A stretch of DNA of 64,000 nt from Tannerella sp. (GCA_031258835.1 JAIRMH010000099.1:7923-71922), one strand, 5' to 3'. Counted from the stretch's first letter, positions 20,431-30,753 are shown. Made by a program: numbers and translations. Notes: generated by a model not told the origin, from the sequence alone.

Positions 20431-20805
20431 CTATTTAAGCTCAACTTCCGCTCCCGCTTCTTCCAATTGTTTCTTAATTCCTTCTGCATCAGCTTTTGGC
20501 AAGCCTTCTTTTACATTGTTAGGAGCGCCGTCTACCAGATCTTTTGCTTCTTTCAAGCCAAGACCGGTCAGTTCCTTAACTAACTTCACTACTGCCAGCT
20601 TATTAGTGCCCGGCGCTTTAAGTACAACATCAAATTCTGTTTTTTCTTCAACTGCTGCGGCGCCGGCGCCACCATCAACAGCAACAGCTACCGCTGCGGC
20701 TGCCGGTTCGATTCCATATTCTTCCTTAAGAATTGTTGCTAATTCGCTTACTTCTTTTACTGTAAGATTTACTAATTGTTCTGCAAAAGCTTTCAAATCT
20801 GCCAT
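20431..20805 (-). CDS. rplL: 50S ribosomal protein L7/L12
   Basis: [24 protein letters not shown]. Confidence 0.98.
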   Translation of the reverse strand: MADLKAFAEQLVNLTVKEVSELATILKEEYGIEPAAAAVAVAVDGGAGAAAVEEKTEFDVVLKAPGTNKLAVVKLVKELTGLGLKEAKDLVDGAPNNVKEGLPKADAEGIKKQLEEAGAEVELK

Positions 20806-20844
20806 TTTCGTTATGATTTAAATGATTTATATTCTGTAAAAAAT

Positions 20845-21378
20845 TCAATTACGCTCTTCGAGCGCCTTTAATATTCCGTGTATTTTCTGTCCGCCATTAG
20901 ACTGCAAAGCTGAGATAATGTTCTTCATCGGTGATTGTAACAATCCGATTATATCTCCGACGAGTTCTTCTTTGCTCTTTATTGTAGCCAGCGCTTCCAA
21001 GTCATTTTCGGTATAGAACCCTTCCTGGACATATGCTCCTTTCAACTTCGGCTTTCCGTCACCGCCTTTTACATCCTTCGTAAAGTTTTTAATAAGGCGT
21101 GCCGGCGCATTCGCAACATTCGCAAACATGACGGCGGTGTTACCCTTTAATACACTGTATAATTCCGAATAATCGGTCTCTTCCACATTATCCATTGCTT
21201 TTTTCAGCAACGTATTTTTAACCATAACAAGTTTCACTTCCTGTTTGAAACATTCCCGTCTCAACTTACTTGTCTTTTCCGCGTTCAGGGCTTCGATATC
21301 CATAAGATAGATATGGGGATATTGTTTCAATTGTTCGGCTAACTCGTTAATGATTCTGCCTTTATCTTCCTTTTTCAT
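20845..21378 (-). CDS. rplJ: 50S ribosomal protein L10
   Basis: VKNTLLKKAM motif; synteny. Confidence 0.97.
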   Translation of the reverse strand: MKKEDKGRIINELAEQLKQYPHIYLMDIEALNAEKTSKLRRECFKQEVKLVMVKNTLLKKAMDNVEETDYSELYSVLKGNTAVMFANVANAPARLIKNFTKDVKGGDGKPKLKGAYVQEGFYTENDLEALATIKSKEELVGDIIGLLQSPMKNIISALQSNGGQKIHGILKALEERN

Positions 21379-21399
21379 CGTCTCAATTTTTTTTAATTA

Positions 21400-22095
21400 T
21401 TAATCTTCAACCGTTTTAGGGTCAACCTTAATACCGGGACTCATTGTTGATGAAAGATAAATGCTCTTTAAATAAGCGCCTTTAGCAGCAGAAGGTTTCA
21501 ACTTAATCAGCGTTAAAATAAACTCCTTTGTATTTTCGTATATCTGATCGGCGCGGAAAGAGGCTTTGCCGACAGAAGAGTGTACAATTCCGGTTTTATC
21601 GACCTTAAAGTCAATTTTACCATGTTTCACTTCCGTAACAGCTTTTCCTATTTCATTTGTCACCGTACCGCTTTTCGGATTCGGCATCAAACCACGCGGT
21701 CCTAATATGCGTCCTAACGCACCTATTTTTCCCATAATGGAAGGCATTGTGATAATGATGTCTATATCGGTCCAACCACCTTTGATTTTATCAATATATT
21801 CATCAAGTCCGACATAATCGGCTCCAGCCTCTTTCGCTTCGGCTTCTTTGTCGGGAGTACATAACGCAAGAACCCTTGTCACCTTTCCGGTTCCGTGTGG
21901 CAGAGACACAACGCCTCTTACCATCTGATTGGACTTGCGGGGATCTACACCGAGACGCACATCCACATCTACGGATGCGTCAAACTTAGTCAAAGTAATT
22001 TCTTTTACCAATGCAGACGCTTCTTTCAATGTATACGCTTTCCCGTTTTCAATCTTACCCGAAGCCAGTTTTTGATTTTTTGTAAGTTTGCTCAT
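21400..22095 (-). CDS. rplA: 50S ribosomal protein L1
   Basis: [23 protein letters not shown]. Confidence 0.98.
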   Translation of the reverse strand: MSKLTKNQKLASGKIENGKAYTLKEASALVKEITLTKFDASVDVDVRLGVDPRKSNQMVRGVVSLPHGTGKVTRVLALCTPDKEAEAKEAGADYVGLDEYIDKIKGGWTDIDIIITMPSIMGKIGALGRILGPRGLMPNPKSGTVTNEIGKAVTEVKHGKIDFKVDKTGIVHSSVGKASFRADQIYENTKEFILTLIKLKPSAAKGAYLKSIYLSSTMSPGIKVDPKTVED

Positions 22096-22110
22096 CTTCT
22101 ACCTGACTTT

Positions 22111-22557
22111 TTACTGGTTTGTTCCCGGGAATGTCCCTGTTATTGTAATACCCATACTTCGTGCTGTTCCGGCAACCATTTTCATTGCGGATTCAACATT
22201 GAAACAATTCATATCGACAATCTTATCTTCTGCAATTGTTTTCACTGCATCCCAAGTGATTTGCGCCACTTTTTTCCGGTTTGGTTCCGCCGAGCCGCCT
22301 TTCAGTTTGGCGGCCTCCAACAATTGGACTGCTACCGGAGGCGCTTTTACAACAAAATCAAACGATTTGTCCGAATAATAAGTAATTACAACAGGTAATA
22401 CTTTACCGCTTTTGTCCTGGGTTCTGGCATTGAATTGCTTGCAAAACTCCATAATATTAATACCTTTCGAACCCAAAGCCGGCCCTACGGGTGGAGAAGG
22501 ATTTGCGGCTCCTCCTTTGATCTGCAACTTAATTTGTCCAGCAATTTCTTTCGCCAT
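22111..22557 (-). CDS. rplK: 50S ribosomal protein L11
   Basis: [19 protein letters not shown]. Confidence 0.98.
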   Translation of the reverse strand: MAKEIAGQIKLQIKGGAANPSPPVGPALGSKGINIMEFCKQFNARTQDKSGKVLPVVITYYSDKSFDFVVKAPPVAVQLLEAAKLKGGSAEPNRKKVAQITWDAVKTIAEDKIVDMNCFNVESAMKMVAGTARSMGITITGTFPGTNQ

Positions 22558-22629
22558 CTTCTTGATTTTTTTAAACTATTTATATAAATGAAAAAACAAA
22601 AAGGCATCTAACTTTCCGTAACAAAAGTC

Positions 22630-23172
22630 TTATTCCTTTTCTACTTGCACATAACTTAACTCAAGCGGTGTTTTTCGTCCGAAGATTTTTACCATCACTT
22701 TGAGTTTCTTTTTCTCGACGTTAACCTCTTCTATAATGCCCGTAAAACCGTTAAAAGGACCATAAGTCACTTTCACGGATTCGCCGACAAAATATTGAAG
22801 ATCCATCTCTTCATCCTGTTCCAGCAATTCGTCGACCGTTCCTAGTATACGGCTGACTTCCGACGGGCGCAGGGGGGTCGGATTTTCATTCCCGCCAAGA
22901 AATCCTATCACATTCGGTACTGTTCTCAAACAGTGAGCTACCTCGCCTAACAAAATCGCTTCTACTAATACATAACCCGTCAAATAAGCGCGTTCTTTCA
23001 TCACTTTTTTACCGTTACGTATGCTAATCGTTTTTTCTGTAGGGATAAGCACCTGTAACACATATTGCCCTAAGTCCGAATTTTTCATTTCGGACTCGAT
23101 ATATTCACGCACTTTGTTCTCTTTTCCGCTTATTGCGCGAAGAACGTAAAATTTGGGTTGAACGTCTGACAT
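22630..23172 (-). CDS. nusG: Transcription termination/antitermination factor NusG
   Basis: NGN domain plus KOW ([18 protein letters not shown]); start moved to ATG 23172. Confidence 0.97.
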   Translation of the reverse strand: MSDVQPKFYVLRAISGKENKVREYIESEMKNSDLGQYVLQVLIPTEKTISIRNGKKVMKERAYLTGYVLVEAILLGEVAHCLRTVPNVIGFLGGNENPTPLRPSEVSRILGTVDELLEQDEEMDLQYFVGESVKVTYGPFNGFTGIIEEVNVEKKKLKVMVKIFGRKTPLELSYVQVEKE

Positions 23173-23179
23173 AACAATA

Positions 23180-23371
23180 CTAAATGCTGTTATAAACAAA
23201 ACGCATCGTATGCTCGAAAACAAAATCGATTGCAAAGACAACTAATGCTATGATTATGGAAGCAAATAAAACAACCACAGCACTGTTGGATAACTCTACT
23301 CTTGTAGGCCATGAAACTTTATGTACAAGTTCGTTATATGAATCTCTAAAATATTGAACTATTTTTTTCAT
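23180..23371 (-). CDS. secE: Preprotein translocase subunit SecE
   Basis: ELVHKVSWPT plus one TM helix; true start 23371 (the longer ORF overlaps tRNA-Trp). Confidence 0.95.
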   Translation of the reverse strand: MKKIVQYFRDSYNELVHKVSWPTRVELSNSAVVVLFASIIIALVVFAIDFVFEHTMRFVYNSI

Positions 23372-23391
23372 TGAGTATTTATTTGAAATTG

Positions 23392-23464
23392 CACGGAAGG
23401 AGAGGCTCGAACTCCCGACAGCCGGTTTTGGAGACCGGTACTCTACCAACTGAGCTACTTCCGT
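23392..23464 (-). tRNA. tRNA-Trp (CCA)
   Basis: ACGGAAGTAGCTCAGTTGGTAGAGTACCGGTCTCCAAAACCGGCTGTCGGGAGTTCGAGCCTCTCCTTCCGTG; canonical tuf-trnW-secE synteny. Confidence 0.97.
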
Positions 23465-23468
23465 GTTT

Positions 23469-23502
23469 AATATAGTCAACCTTTTGACCGATTGACTATA
23501 TT
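23469..23502. other. 11-bp stem-loop between tuf and tRNA-Trp (mRNA 3' protection/processing hairpin)
   Basis: AATATAGTCAA-N12-TTGACTATATT, no U-tract. Confidence 0.45.
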
Positions 23503-23513
23503 CCTTCTATCCA

Positions 23514-24701
23514 TTAATCTTCCAATTCGGTGATCTGACCGGCGCCAACCGTGCGACCGCCTTCACGGATAGCAAAACGCAAACCTACGTTACATGCTAC
23601 CGGATAGATCAAATCTACTTCGATTGTTACGTTATCGCCGGGCATTACCATTTCAACGCCTTCCGGCAAGGAGATTTCGCCCGTTACGTCCAGCGTGCGG
23701 ATATAGAACTGCGGACGGTATTTGTTGTGGAACGGAGTATGACGACCACCCTCTTCTTTCTTCAGGATATAAACCTCGGCTTTGAATTTAGAATGAGGTT
23801 TAACTTTCCCCGGATGACCAAGCACCATGCCGCGTTTGATTTCATTTTTGTCGATACCGCGAAGCAACAAACCTACGTTATCGCCAGCCTGACCTTCGTC
23901 AAGAATCTTCCTGAACATTTCAACTCCGGTAACAACAGATTTCTTATTTTCCGAGCCTAAACCGATAATTTCAACTTCTTCACCGGTTTTTATAATACCT
24001 GTTTCAATACGACCGGTAGCAACTGTACCGCGACCAGTAATAGAGAACACGTCTTCAACGGGCATAAGGAACGGTTTGTCAACATCACGCGGAGGAAGTG
24101 GAATCCACGTGTCAACAGCATCCATCAATTCGACTATTTTCTCTTCCCATTTAGGATCTCCGTTCAATCCGCCCAATGCAGAGCCTTGTATTACAGGAGT
24201 ATTATCACCGTCGAAATCATAGAATGAAAGCAATTCGCGCATTTCCATTTCTACCAATTCCAACATTTCAGGATCGTCTACCATATCGCATTTATTCATA
24301 AACACAACTAAACGCGGTACATTTACCTGACGGGCCAACAATATATGTTCGCGAGTCTGGGGCATAGGACCATCAGTAGCGGCAACTACAATGATCGCTC
24401 CGTCCATCTGGGCAGCACCCGTTACCATGTTCTTTACATAGTCGGCATGACCCGGACAGTCAACGTGTGCATAATGGCGATTTGCCGTTTCGTATTCTAC
24501 ATGTGCTGTATTGATGGTGATACCTCTCTCTTTTTCTTCCGGTGCGTTGTCGATGGAATCAAACGAACGTATTTCGGAAAGACCTTTCTTTGCCAAAACA
24601 GTTGTAATAGCAGCTGTCAAAGTAGTTTTACCATGGTCAACGTGACCAATTGTACCGATGTTTACATGCGGTTTTGTCCTGTTAAAATGTTCTTTTGCCA
24701 T
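23514..24701 (-). CDS. tuf: Elongation factor Tu
   Basis: [25 protein letters not shown]. Confidence 0.99.
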   Translation of the reverse strand: MAKEHFNRTKPHVNIGTIGHVDHGKTTLTAAITTVLAKKGLSEIRSFDSIDNAPEEKERGITINTAHVEYETANRHYAHVDCPGHADYVKNMVTGAAQMDGAIIVVAATDGPMPQTREHILLARQVNVPRLVVFMNKCDMVDDPEMLELVEMEMRELLSFYDFDGDNTPVIQGSALGGLNGDPKWEEKIVELMDAVDTWIPLPPRDVDKPFLMPVEDVFSITGRGTVATGRIETGIIKTGEEVEIIGLGSENKKSVVTGVEMFRKILDEGQAGDNVGLLLRGIDKNEIKRGMVLGHPGKVKPHSKFKAEVYILKKEEGGRHTPFHNKYRPQFYIRTLDVTGEISLPEGVEMVMPGDNVTIEVDLIYPVACNVGLRFAIREGGRTVGAGQITELED

Positions 24702-24786
24702 AATCTTAAATATCTTTATATTAATTTAGAATGTTCATCTATCCTTACTCTCTCTGTATCTCGATACTTCTGTAAGCCACTTTCAG

Positions 24787-24858
<72 letters not shown>

Positions 24859-24904
24859 ATCATTGTTTCGCATCTCCTCAAACGCTTCTCTCTTCTTCGT
24901 TCCG

Positions 24905-24978
24905 AGCCTCTTGTCGGATTTGAACCAACGACCCCAAGATTGCAAATCACGTGCTCCAGCCAACCGATCGAAAGAGGC
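24905..24978 (-). pseudogene. Degenerate tRNA: Thr(TGT)-type body with TGC (Ala) anticodon
   Basis: GCCTCTTTCGATCGGTTGGCTGGAGCACGTGATTTGCAATCTTGGGGTCGTTGGTTCAAATCCGACAAGAGGCT. Acceptor stem and T-loop are intact; A14 and A21 are lost, there is an 11-24 mismatch, and no G3:U70. Confidence 0.75.
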
Positions 24979-25018
24979 GTTTTTAAAAAAGCCGCTTCGT
25001 CATCGGGCGAAACGGCTG

Positions 25019-25049
25019 CAAATTTAGACATTATTTTTGTACCCGCAAA
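25019..25049 (-). promoter_or_regulatory. Promoter of the tRNA-tuf operon (TTTG-N19-TAAATTTG)
   Basis: Consensus Bacteroidota -33/-7 elements. Confidence 0.7.
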
Positions 25050-25075
25050 ATTTCTCTGTCCTTTTTTGTTTTTTT

Positions 25076-25375
25076 TTATTTTGTCCTGCTTTTTTCCTTA
25101 AACTTAAGTAGCTGTTTTTCCAATGCATCTACCGCTAAATCAACGCCTTCCTCAAAAGTATCACATATTTTCTCGGCAAAGCAGTCCCCACTTTTGATTT
25201 TAAGCCTTATACTGACATCTTTGTTTTTAGCCGTTTCGGGTTTAACAACTTTCAGAACAATATCGGCCATCAAAATTCCGTCATAAAAATGTTCTAACTT
25301 TGAAACTTTTTTTTCAATGAACAATTCCAACTTTTCAGTTGCATCAAAATGAATCGATTTAATCTTAATATCCAT
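25076..25375 (-). CDS. hpf: Ribosome hibernation promoting factor / RaiA
   Basis: MDIKIKSIHFDATEKL ... FEEGVDLAVDALEKQLLKFKEK; rpsU-xerC-hpf synteny. Confidence 0.92.
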   Translation of the reverse strand: MDIKIKSIHFDATEKLELFIEKKVSKLEHFYDGILMADIVLKVVKPETAKNKDVSIRLKIKSGDCFAEKICDTFEEGVDLAVDALEKQLLKFKEKSRTK

Positions 25376-25382
25376 AAAAAAT

Positions 25383-25390
25383 CCTCCTTA
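25383..25390 (-). promoter_or_regulatory. Strong Shine-Dalgarno sequence TAAGGAGG, 7 nt before hpf
   Basis: Read directly; overlaps the xerC stop codon. Confidence 0.6.
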
Positions 25391-26284
25391 CTTTTTTGCT
25401 CTTGGATGAGCGTTATACACTTTCTTCAATTCCTCAAATGTCACATGCGTGTAGATCGATGTTGAAGCCAGACTGCTATGCCCCAACAGATTCCTGATGG
25501 CGCTTAATGCGGCGCCGTCATTCAGCATACTGGTAGCAAAGGTGTGTCTTAAAACATGCGGACTTCGCTTTGACAATGTTGGAATATTCGACAAATTCTT
25601 CTTCACTATATAGTAAACGATAGCAGGCGATACCGACCGACCGTCCTTACGGACAAAAAACGACGGACTTTTCACCACAATTTCTCGCGCACGTACATTA
25701 ATATAATATACAATCATTTCTTTCAGGCGATCCGCAAAAGGAATCAGACGCTGCTTATTACGCTTCCCCGTCACTTTAAGCAACATGGCATCTATATCCA
25801 CATCAACATCTTTTATCCCGACGAGTTCCGAACAACGAAGGCCGGTTTCGTAAAGCATCTCAATGATAAGTTTGTTGCGGATCCCATTGAAATCATCTCC
25901 GAAGTTTTCTTCGTCAAGAATCTTCTCCATTTCTTTTTCTTTTACGAAATAAGGTAATGATTTTGCCTTTTTAGGTCCCGAAAGAAATGCGAAATTCGCG
26001 ATAATTCCCTGGCGAATAAGATATCTGAAAAATGACTGTAGAGCGCTCAATTTACGATTGACCGAAGCGGAAGACAATGACTGTTTCATCAAGTCCATCA
26101 TCCACAAGCGAACGATATCGGGATCAATCCTTTCCACGCCAAAAGATTCTCCTTCCGAAATTTCCTTTTCCCTGATAAATGAAGTAAACTGCAACAAGTC
26201 ATTCATATACGCGTCTAATGTATGAACCGAATAATTCCGCTCATACAGCAAATACTCTATAAACATATTCACATATTTCTCCAC
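25388..26284 (-). CDS. xerC: Tyrosine recombinase XerC
   Basis: R-K-HxxR-H-Y tetrad (GLRCSEL, GKRNKQR, HVLRHTFAT, LLGHSSL, TSIYTH); start GTG 26284 or ATG 26266. Confidence 0.9.
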   Translation of the reverse strand: MEKYVNMFIEYLLYERNYSVHTLDAYMNDLLQFTSFIREKEISEGESFGVERIDPDIVRLWMMDLMKQSLSSASVNRKLSALQSFFRYLIRQGIIANFAFLSGPKKAKSLPYFVKEKEMEKILDEENFGDDFNGIRNKLIIEMLYETGLRCSELVGIKDVDVDIDAMLLKVTGKRNKQRLIPFADRLKEMIVYYINVRAREIVVKSPSFFVRKDGRSVSPAIVYYIVKKNLSNIPTLSKRSPHVLRHTFATSMLNDGAALSAIRNLLGHSSLASTSIYTHVTFEELKKVYNAHPRAKK

Positions 26285-26362
26285 ACTACATTCATTAAGA
26301 TGCAACGAATATACGTGTTTTTTTCAAAAAAAACAAATATCACAGGTTTTTTTTTCTTCCAG

Positions 26363-26554
26363 CTAAATTTCAGCCTGCTGTAACTGCTTTACATAAATAG
26401 CGTGAATACGCTGTTTTCTCTTCTTTATGGAAGGTTTAATAAATGCTTGACGACTCCTAAGTTCTTTTACAACTCCGGTTTTCTCAAACTTTCTTTTAAA
26501 CTTTTTCAAGGCTCTCTCGATGTTTTCGCCTTCTTTCAATGGAACTACGATCAT
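26363..26554 (-). CDS. rpsU: 30S ribosomal protein S21
   Basis: ENIERALKKFKRKFEKTG, FIKPS; promoter TTTG-N19-TAATTTTG at 26618-26648. Confidence 0.97.
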   Translation of the reverse strand: MIVVPLKEGENIERALKKFKRKFEKTGVVKELRSRQAFIKPSIKKRKQRIHAIYVKQLQQAEI

Positions 26555-26732
26555 AAACTAATTTTTAAATTATATTGTTTTTTGTATTATATTCTTATTA
26601 TGCAAGTTTTTGAGCCGCAAAATTACTGATTGTTTTTTTATCAACAAAATTTTCAATCATATATTTTCATGAAACAATTAATTCCATTCTTTTTATTTAC
26701 TTTTGTATCCTCAAATTATAAATCTACAAACT

Positions 26733-27245
26733 ATGGCATTGATAAAATCTGTACGGGGATTTACTCCCATTATCGGCGAAGATACTTATTTAGCCGACAA
26801 TGCGGCAATCATTGGAGATGTTGTTATAGGTAAAGGTTGCAGCATCTGGTTCGGTGCCGTGTTGCGGGGAGATGTGAACTCTATACGAATAGGAAACGGC
26901 GTGAATATTCAGGATGGGTCCGTCTTGCATACTTTATACCAAAAATCAACGATAGAAATAGGCGACGATGTTTCAATCGGCCATAACGTGACGATCCACG
27001 GCGCTAAAATATGCAATGGAGCGCTTATCGGCATGGGCGCTGTTGTGCTCGACCATGCCGTTATCGGCGAAGGCGCTATTATAGCGGCAGGTTCTGTGGT
27101 GCTAAGCGACACGCAGGTTGAACCCGGAAGTATATACGCCGGAGCGCCGGCAAAATTCGTAAAGAAAGTGGATGCGGAACAATCAAAAGAGATAAATCTG
27201 CGGATAGCGCACAACTACCACATGTATGCATCATGGTACAAATGA
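26733..27245 (+). CDS. Gamma-carbonic-anhydrase family hexapeptide-repeat protein (YrdA/PaaY-like)
   Basis: AVLRGDVNSIRIG, NIQDGSVLH, IGHNVTIHG; start at MALIKSVRG. Confidence 0.92.
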   Translation: MALIKSVRGFTPIIGEDTYLADNAAIIGDVVIGKGCSIWFGAVLRGDVNSIRIGNGVNIQDGSVLHTLYQKSTIEIGDDVSIGHNVTIHGAKICNGALIGMGAVVLDHAVIGEGAIIAAGSVVLSDTQVEPGSIYAGAPAKFVKKVDAEQSKEINLRIAHNYHMYASWYK

Positions 27246-27303
27246 CATCAATAACGGTTAACTGCTGTCATGTCAACACTTGATCTTCACTAATCCATAT
27301 GAT

Positions 27304-29508
27304 ATGAAACGAAATAACAGGAAATGTATCTTGATTACGGCAGCCATCCTTGTTTGCCTGTTGACTGCAGGTATCTGGCTGACGCTTCCGTCCATGTATT
27401 ATATCCGGCAAGCATTGATTCATCTTACACCTAAAATAGACCAGTATCCGATTTTCGAAAACCGTACCGTAAAAACAGGAGATCCCCAACCTTGGCCTTT
27501 CTCCGAATATTATAACAAACTCTCCATTCCCGACAAATATATGAAAGATTTTGATACATACGGCACGGTTGCATATGTAATCATTCAAAACGGAGAGTTG
27601 CTGTTCGAACAATACTGGGACGATTACTCGCCTCAATCGCACAGCAATTCTTTCTCTATGGCAAAAAGTATCATTTCACTTGCAACAGGATGCGCTATTG
27701 ACGACGGGGTTATAAGAGATGTAGACCAGCCGGTCGGCGATTTTTTCCCACAATTCGGGAGTTATAACGGAAAACGCATGACGATCAGGCATCTGCTGAC
27801 CATGAGTGCGGGAGTTGATTTTCAAGAAGCATACACCTCCATATCCTCTCCTACTACACAATTATATTATGGCAACGATCTCGACAAGATAGCTCTCGGG
27901 ATGAAACAGATAGAAGAACCCGGCGTAAATTTTATTTATCAAAGCGGAGTAACTCAACTGCTGGCGTTCATACTGGAAAAAGCTACCGGCGAAAGCATCA
28001 GTTCGTATGTCTCCCGTAAATTATGGACGCCGTTGCAAGCTGAAGAAGATGCGATATGGTCGCTCGACCGCAAAGACGGATTTGAAAAATCTTTTTGCTG
28101 TTTTAACAGCAATGCGCGGGATTTTGCCCGTTTAGGGCAGTTAGTCCTGAACGGAGGCCTGTGGAACGACCGGCAAATCGTAGCAGAACAATATATAACG
28201 GAAGCCATCACTGCCGACAGTAACCTGATATTTAAAAAATACGGCGAGATAAACCGGCATTACGGATATCAGTTCTGGTTACTTGAAAAAAACAGGATAA
28301 AGATACCCTATTTACGTGGCATCAAAGGCCAATATGTATTTATCATTCCTGAAAAAAATGCAATCGTTGTCAGGCTGGGACGCAAGCGATCCGATAAAGA
28401 AACGGACGACCAGCATTATCCGACAGATATAGATATCTGGTTAGATGCCGCTTTCGACATGCTTGACGAAACGCCCAAACACGCACGCCTGCTATTTGGA
28501 GGCGACTTGATGCAGCACATCTCTCAAGTTGATGCGGCAAAGAATGACAATGGCGAATACGATTATACCGAATCGTTCCGTTACGTAAAACCGCTATTCG
28601 AACAAGCCGACCTTTCTATTATAAATCTTGAGACTACATTGACCACATCGAGGCATCATACGGGATATCCCTTATTTCGTTCGCCAAAGGAACTTGCAGG
28701 AGCGCTAAGCGATGCCGGCATTGATGTTGCCGTCATGGCGAATAATCATGTTTTCGACGGAGGTAAAAGCGGCGTAATGACAACGTTGGCGTTGCTTGAT
28801 TCGGCAGGTATTAAGCATACGGGAGTATTTACCGACAGCCGCCGGTTTATCCAAAACCATCCGCTGATACTTCGGACGAAAGGCCTTACGTTCGCACTGT
28901 TCAATTATACTTATGGGACAAACGGCCTTCCGACGCCGGACGGGATAAGTGTCAACCGTATTGATTCATTTGCAATTGCACGCGACATTGCCTTGACCGA
29001 CCGCTCGAAAATCGATTGCATAATCGTCTTTTTCCATTGGGGATATGAATATTCAAGATATCCGAACGAAGAACAAAAAGCGCTTGCCGAATTGTGTCAC
29101 AGATACGGAGCGGAAATTGTCATCGGAAGTCATCCGCATGTCATACAACCTGTTACGAATTACAACGATACATATACGGACAACTCCGGAAACGAACATG
29201 GATATACCGGTCACGTCACCCTCTATTCATTAGGGAACTTAGTTTCTAATCAACGTGACCGTTATCGGGACGGCGGCATAATCGCAACATTAGATATAAT
29301 GAAAAAGAAAAACAAACCGCTGACGATAAACACTTCATACACGCCTGTCTGGGTAAAACTTCCAAAATACAACATATTGCCGCCATCGGTTGCCGACACA
29401 ATCGCTATGTCTGCATCCGAACGCCTTGCATATGAACAGTATATCAACGACACAAAAAAAATGCTTTCTCCGGACGAACGCTCAAGTACGGTCGTTCAGC
29501 GCCAATAG
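27304..29508 (+). CDS. Membrane-anchored fusion: class-C beta-lactamase-like serine hydrolase plus CapA (PGA_cap) metallophosphatase domain
   Basis: N-terminal TM; SMAK (SxxK), HLLTMSAG, YQS, ARDFARLG; then GGDLM, NLET, ANNHVFD, HWGYEY, GSHPHVIQP, YSLGN. Confidence 0.85.
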   Translation: MKRNNRKCILITAAILVCLLTAGIWLTLPSMYYIRQALIHLTPKIDQYPIFENRTVKTGDPQPWPFSEYYNKLSIPDKYMKDFDTYGTVAYVIIQNGELLFEQYWDDYSPQSHSNSFSMAKSIISLATGCAIDDGVIRDVDQPVGDFFPQFGSYNGKRMTIRHLLTMSAGVDFQEAYTSISSPTTQLYYGNDLDKIALGMKQIEEPGVNFIYQSGVTQLLAFILEKATGESISSYVSRKLWTPLQAEEDAIWSLDRKDGFEKSFCCFNSNARDFARLGQLVLNGGLWNDRQIVAEQYITEAITADSNLIFKKYGEINRHYGYQFWLLEKNRIKIPYLRGIKGQYVFIIPEKNAIVVRLGRKRSDKETDDQHYPTDIDIWLDAAFDMLDETPKHARLLFGGDLMQHISQVDAAKNDNGEYDYTESFRYVKPLFEQADLSIINLETTLTTSRHHTGYPLFRSPKELAGALSDAGIDVAVMANNHVFDGGKSGVMTTLALLDSAGIKHTGVFTDSRRFIQNHPLILRTKGLTFALFNYTYGTNGLPTPDGISVNRIDSFAIARDIALTDRSKIDCIIVFFHWGYEYSRYPNEEQKALAELCHRYGAEIVIGSHPHVIQPVTNYNDTYTDNSGNEHGYTGHVTLYSLGNLVSNQRDRYRDGGIIATLDIMKKKNKPLTINTSYTPVWVKLPKYNILPPSVADTIAMSASERLAYEQYINDTKKMLSPDERSSTVVQRQ

Positions 29509-30722
29509 GATAATATTTTTTCGGTTGCTCCTGCGTTTTTATCGACGAAGTCCCCGGCTGCCGCTCCTGCAATACGGCATAATTCGGGATCGGAGATAAA
29601 ATTGTCCATGCAATCGGCGAATGCCGTTTCGTTGTCAACGGAAAATCCGCCGCCACAGTTTATCAAATTTTCAGCTTCTCTAAATTTATGATATTTAGGG
29701 CCAAAAACAACCGGAATACCATAAACAGCCGCCTCCAGCGTATTATGTATTCCACCGCCGAAGCCACCGCCGATATAAGCCACATCACCATAACGATAAA
29801 TAGACGAAAGCAAGCCAAAACTATCGATTATCAGACAATCGTTCGTCCGTAAAGATTCTTCGCACGCCTCCGACAAACGAATGGAAGGACGATTAAGTAA
29901 TGATTGTATGTACAGCAGATGCTCGCGATGAATCTCATGGGGCGCAATGATAAGTTTCATTTCGGGGTGTGCATTAAAATAAGGGATAATGATCTCTTCG
30001 TCTTCCGGCCAGGCGCTTCCGGCAATCAGCAGCAATTTGCTCCCTTCTGCAAAAACTTCTACTTCCGGCAAAAGACGCGCATTCTGCTGTATTTCAAGAA
30101 CACGGTCAAAACGCGTATCACCACAAACGTCCACATTATCAATCCCATATCCGGCCAATAACATCCGGGAATCCTCATCCTGAACAAACAAACGCTCATA
30201 ACACGACAAGGCTTTACGATACCACGTACCGTACCATTTAAAAAACATCTGGTTAGGGCGAAAAACCGCTGATATAAGATATGTTTTTATGCCGCGTTTC
30301 TTTAACTCGGCGAGGTAATTGAGCCAAAACTCGTACTTGATAAAAACAGCGATACTGGGGTTCGCCAGATACAGGAATTTACGCACCTTGAAAGGAGTAT
30401 CAAAAGGCAAATAGCATATTACATCCGCGCCTTCGTAATTTTTACGCACTTCATAGCCGGAAGGAGAAAAAAACGTCAACAGTATTTTAAATTGCGGATA
30501 ACGCTTCCGGATTATTTCTATCATCGGCCGCCCCTGCTCAAACTCTCCCAACGATGCGGCATGAAACCATATGTATTTGGCATTCCGGTCTATTTTTTTC
30601 CGCAAAATCCCATTTGTATACCATTGTCCTATACGCGTCATACGCGCTTTCCTGTTGAAAAAAGAAGCTATCTCAACCGATAAAGCATACAAATGCAAAG
30701 CTAATGTGTATAAATACTTCAC
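29496..30722 (-). CDS. waaA: 3-deoxy-D-manno-octulosonic acid (Kdo) transferase
   Basis: WFHAASLGEFEQ, YLPFDT, GDTRFDRV, GIHNTLEAAVYG. Confidence 0.95.
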   Translation of the reverse strand: MKYLYTLALHLYALSVEIASFFNRKARMTRIGQWYTNGILRKKIDRNAKYIWFHAASLGEFEQGRPMIEIIRKRYPQFKILLTFFSPSGYEVRKNYEGADVICYLPFDTPFKVRKFLYLANPSIAVFIKYEFWLNYLAELKKRGIKTYLISAVFRPNQMFFKWYGTWYRKALSCYERLFVQDEDSRMLLAGYGIDNVDVCGDTRFDRVLEIQQNARLLPEVEVFAEGSKLLLIAGSAWPEDEEIIIPYFNAHPEMKLIIAPHEIHREHLLYIQSLLNRPSIRLSEACEESLRTNDCLIIDSFGLLSSIYRYGDVAYIGGGFGGGIHNTLEAAVYGIPVVFGPKYHKFREAENLINCGGGFSVDNETAFADCMDNFISDPELCRIAGAAAGDFVDKNAGATEKILSYWR

Positions 30723-30753
30723 AACAATTAAGGGTGAATGATTAATAATGATT

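Noticed and set aside
25388-26305. Tyrosine recombinase near tRNAs as an integrative element
   Set aside because: Housekeeping XerC in conserved rpsU-xerC-hpf synteny; no att repeats or cargo
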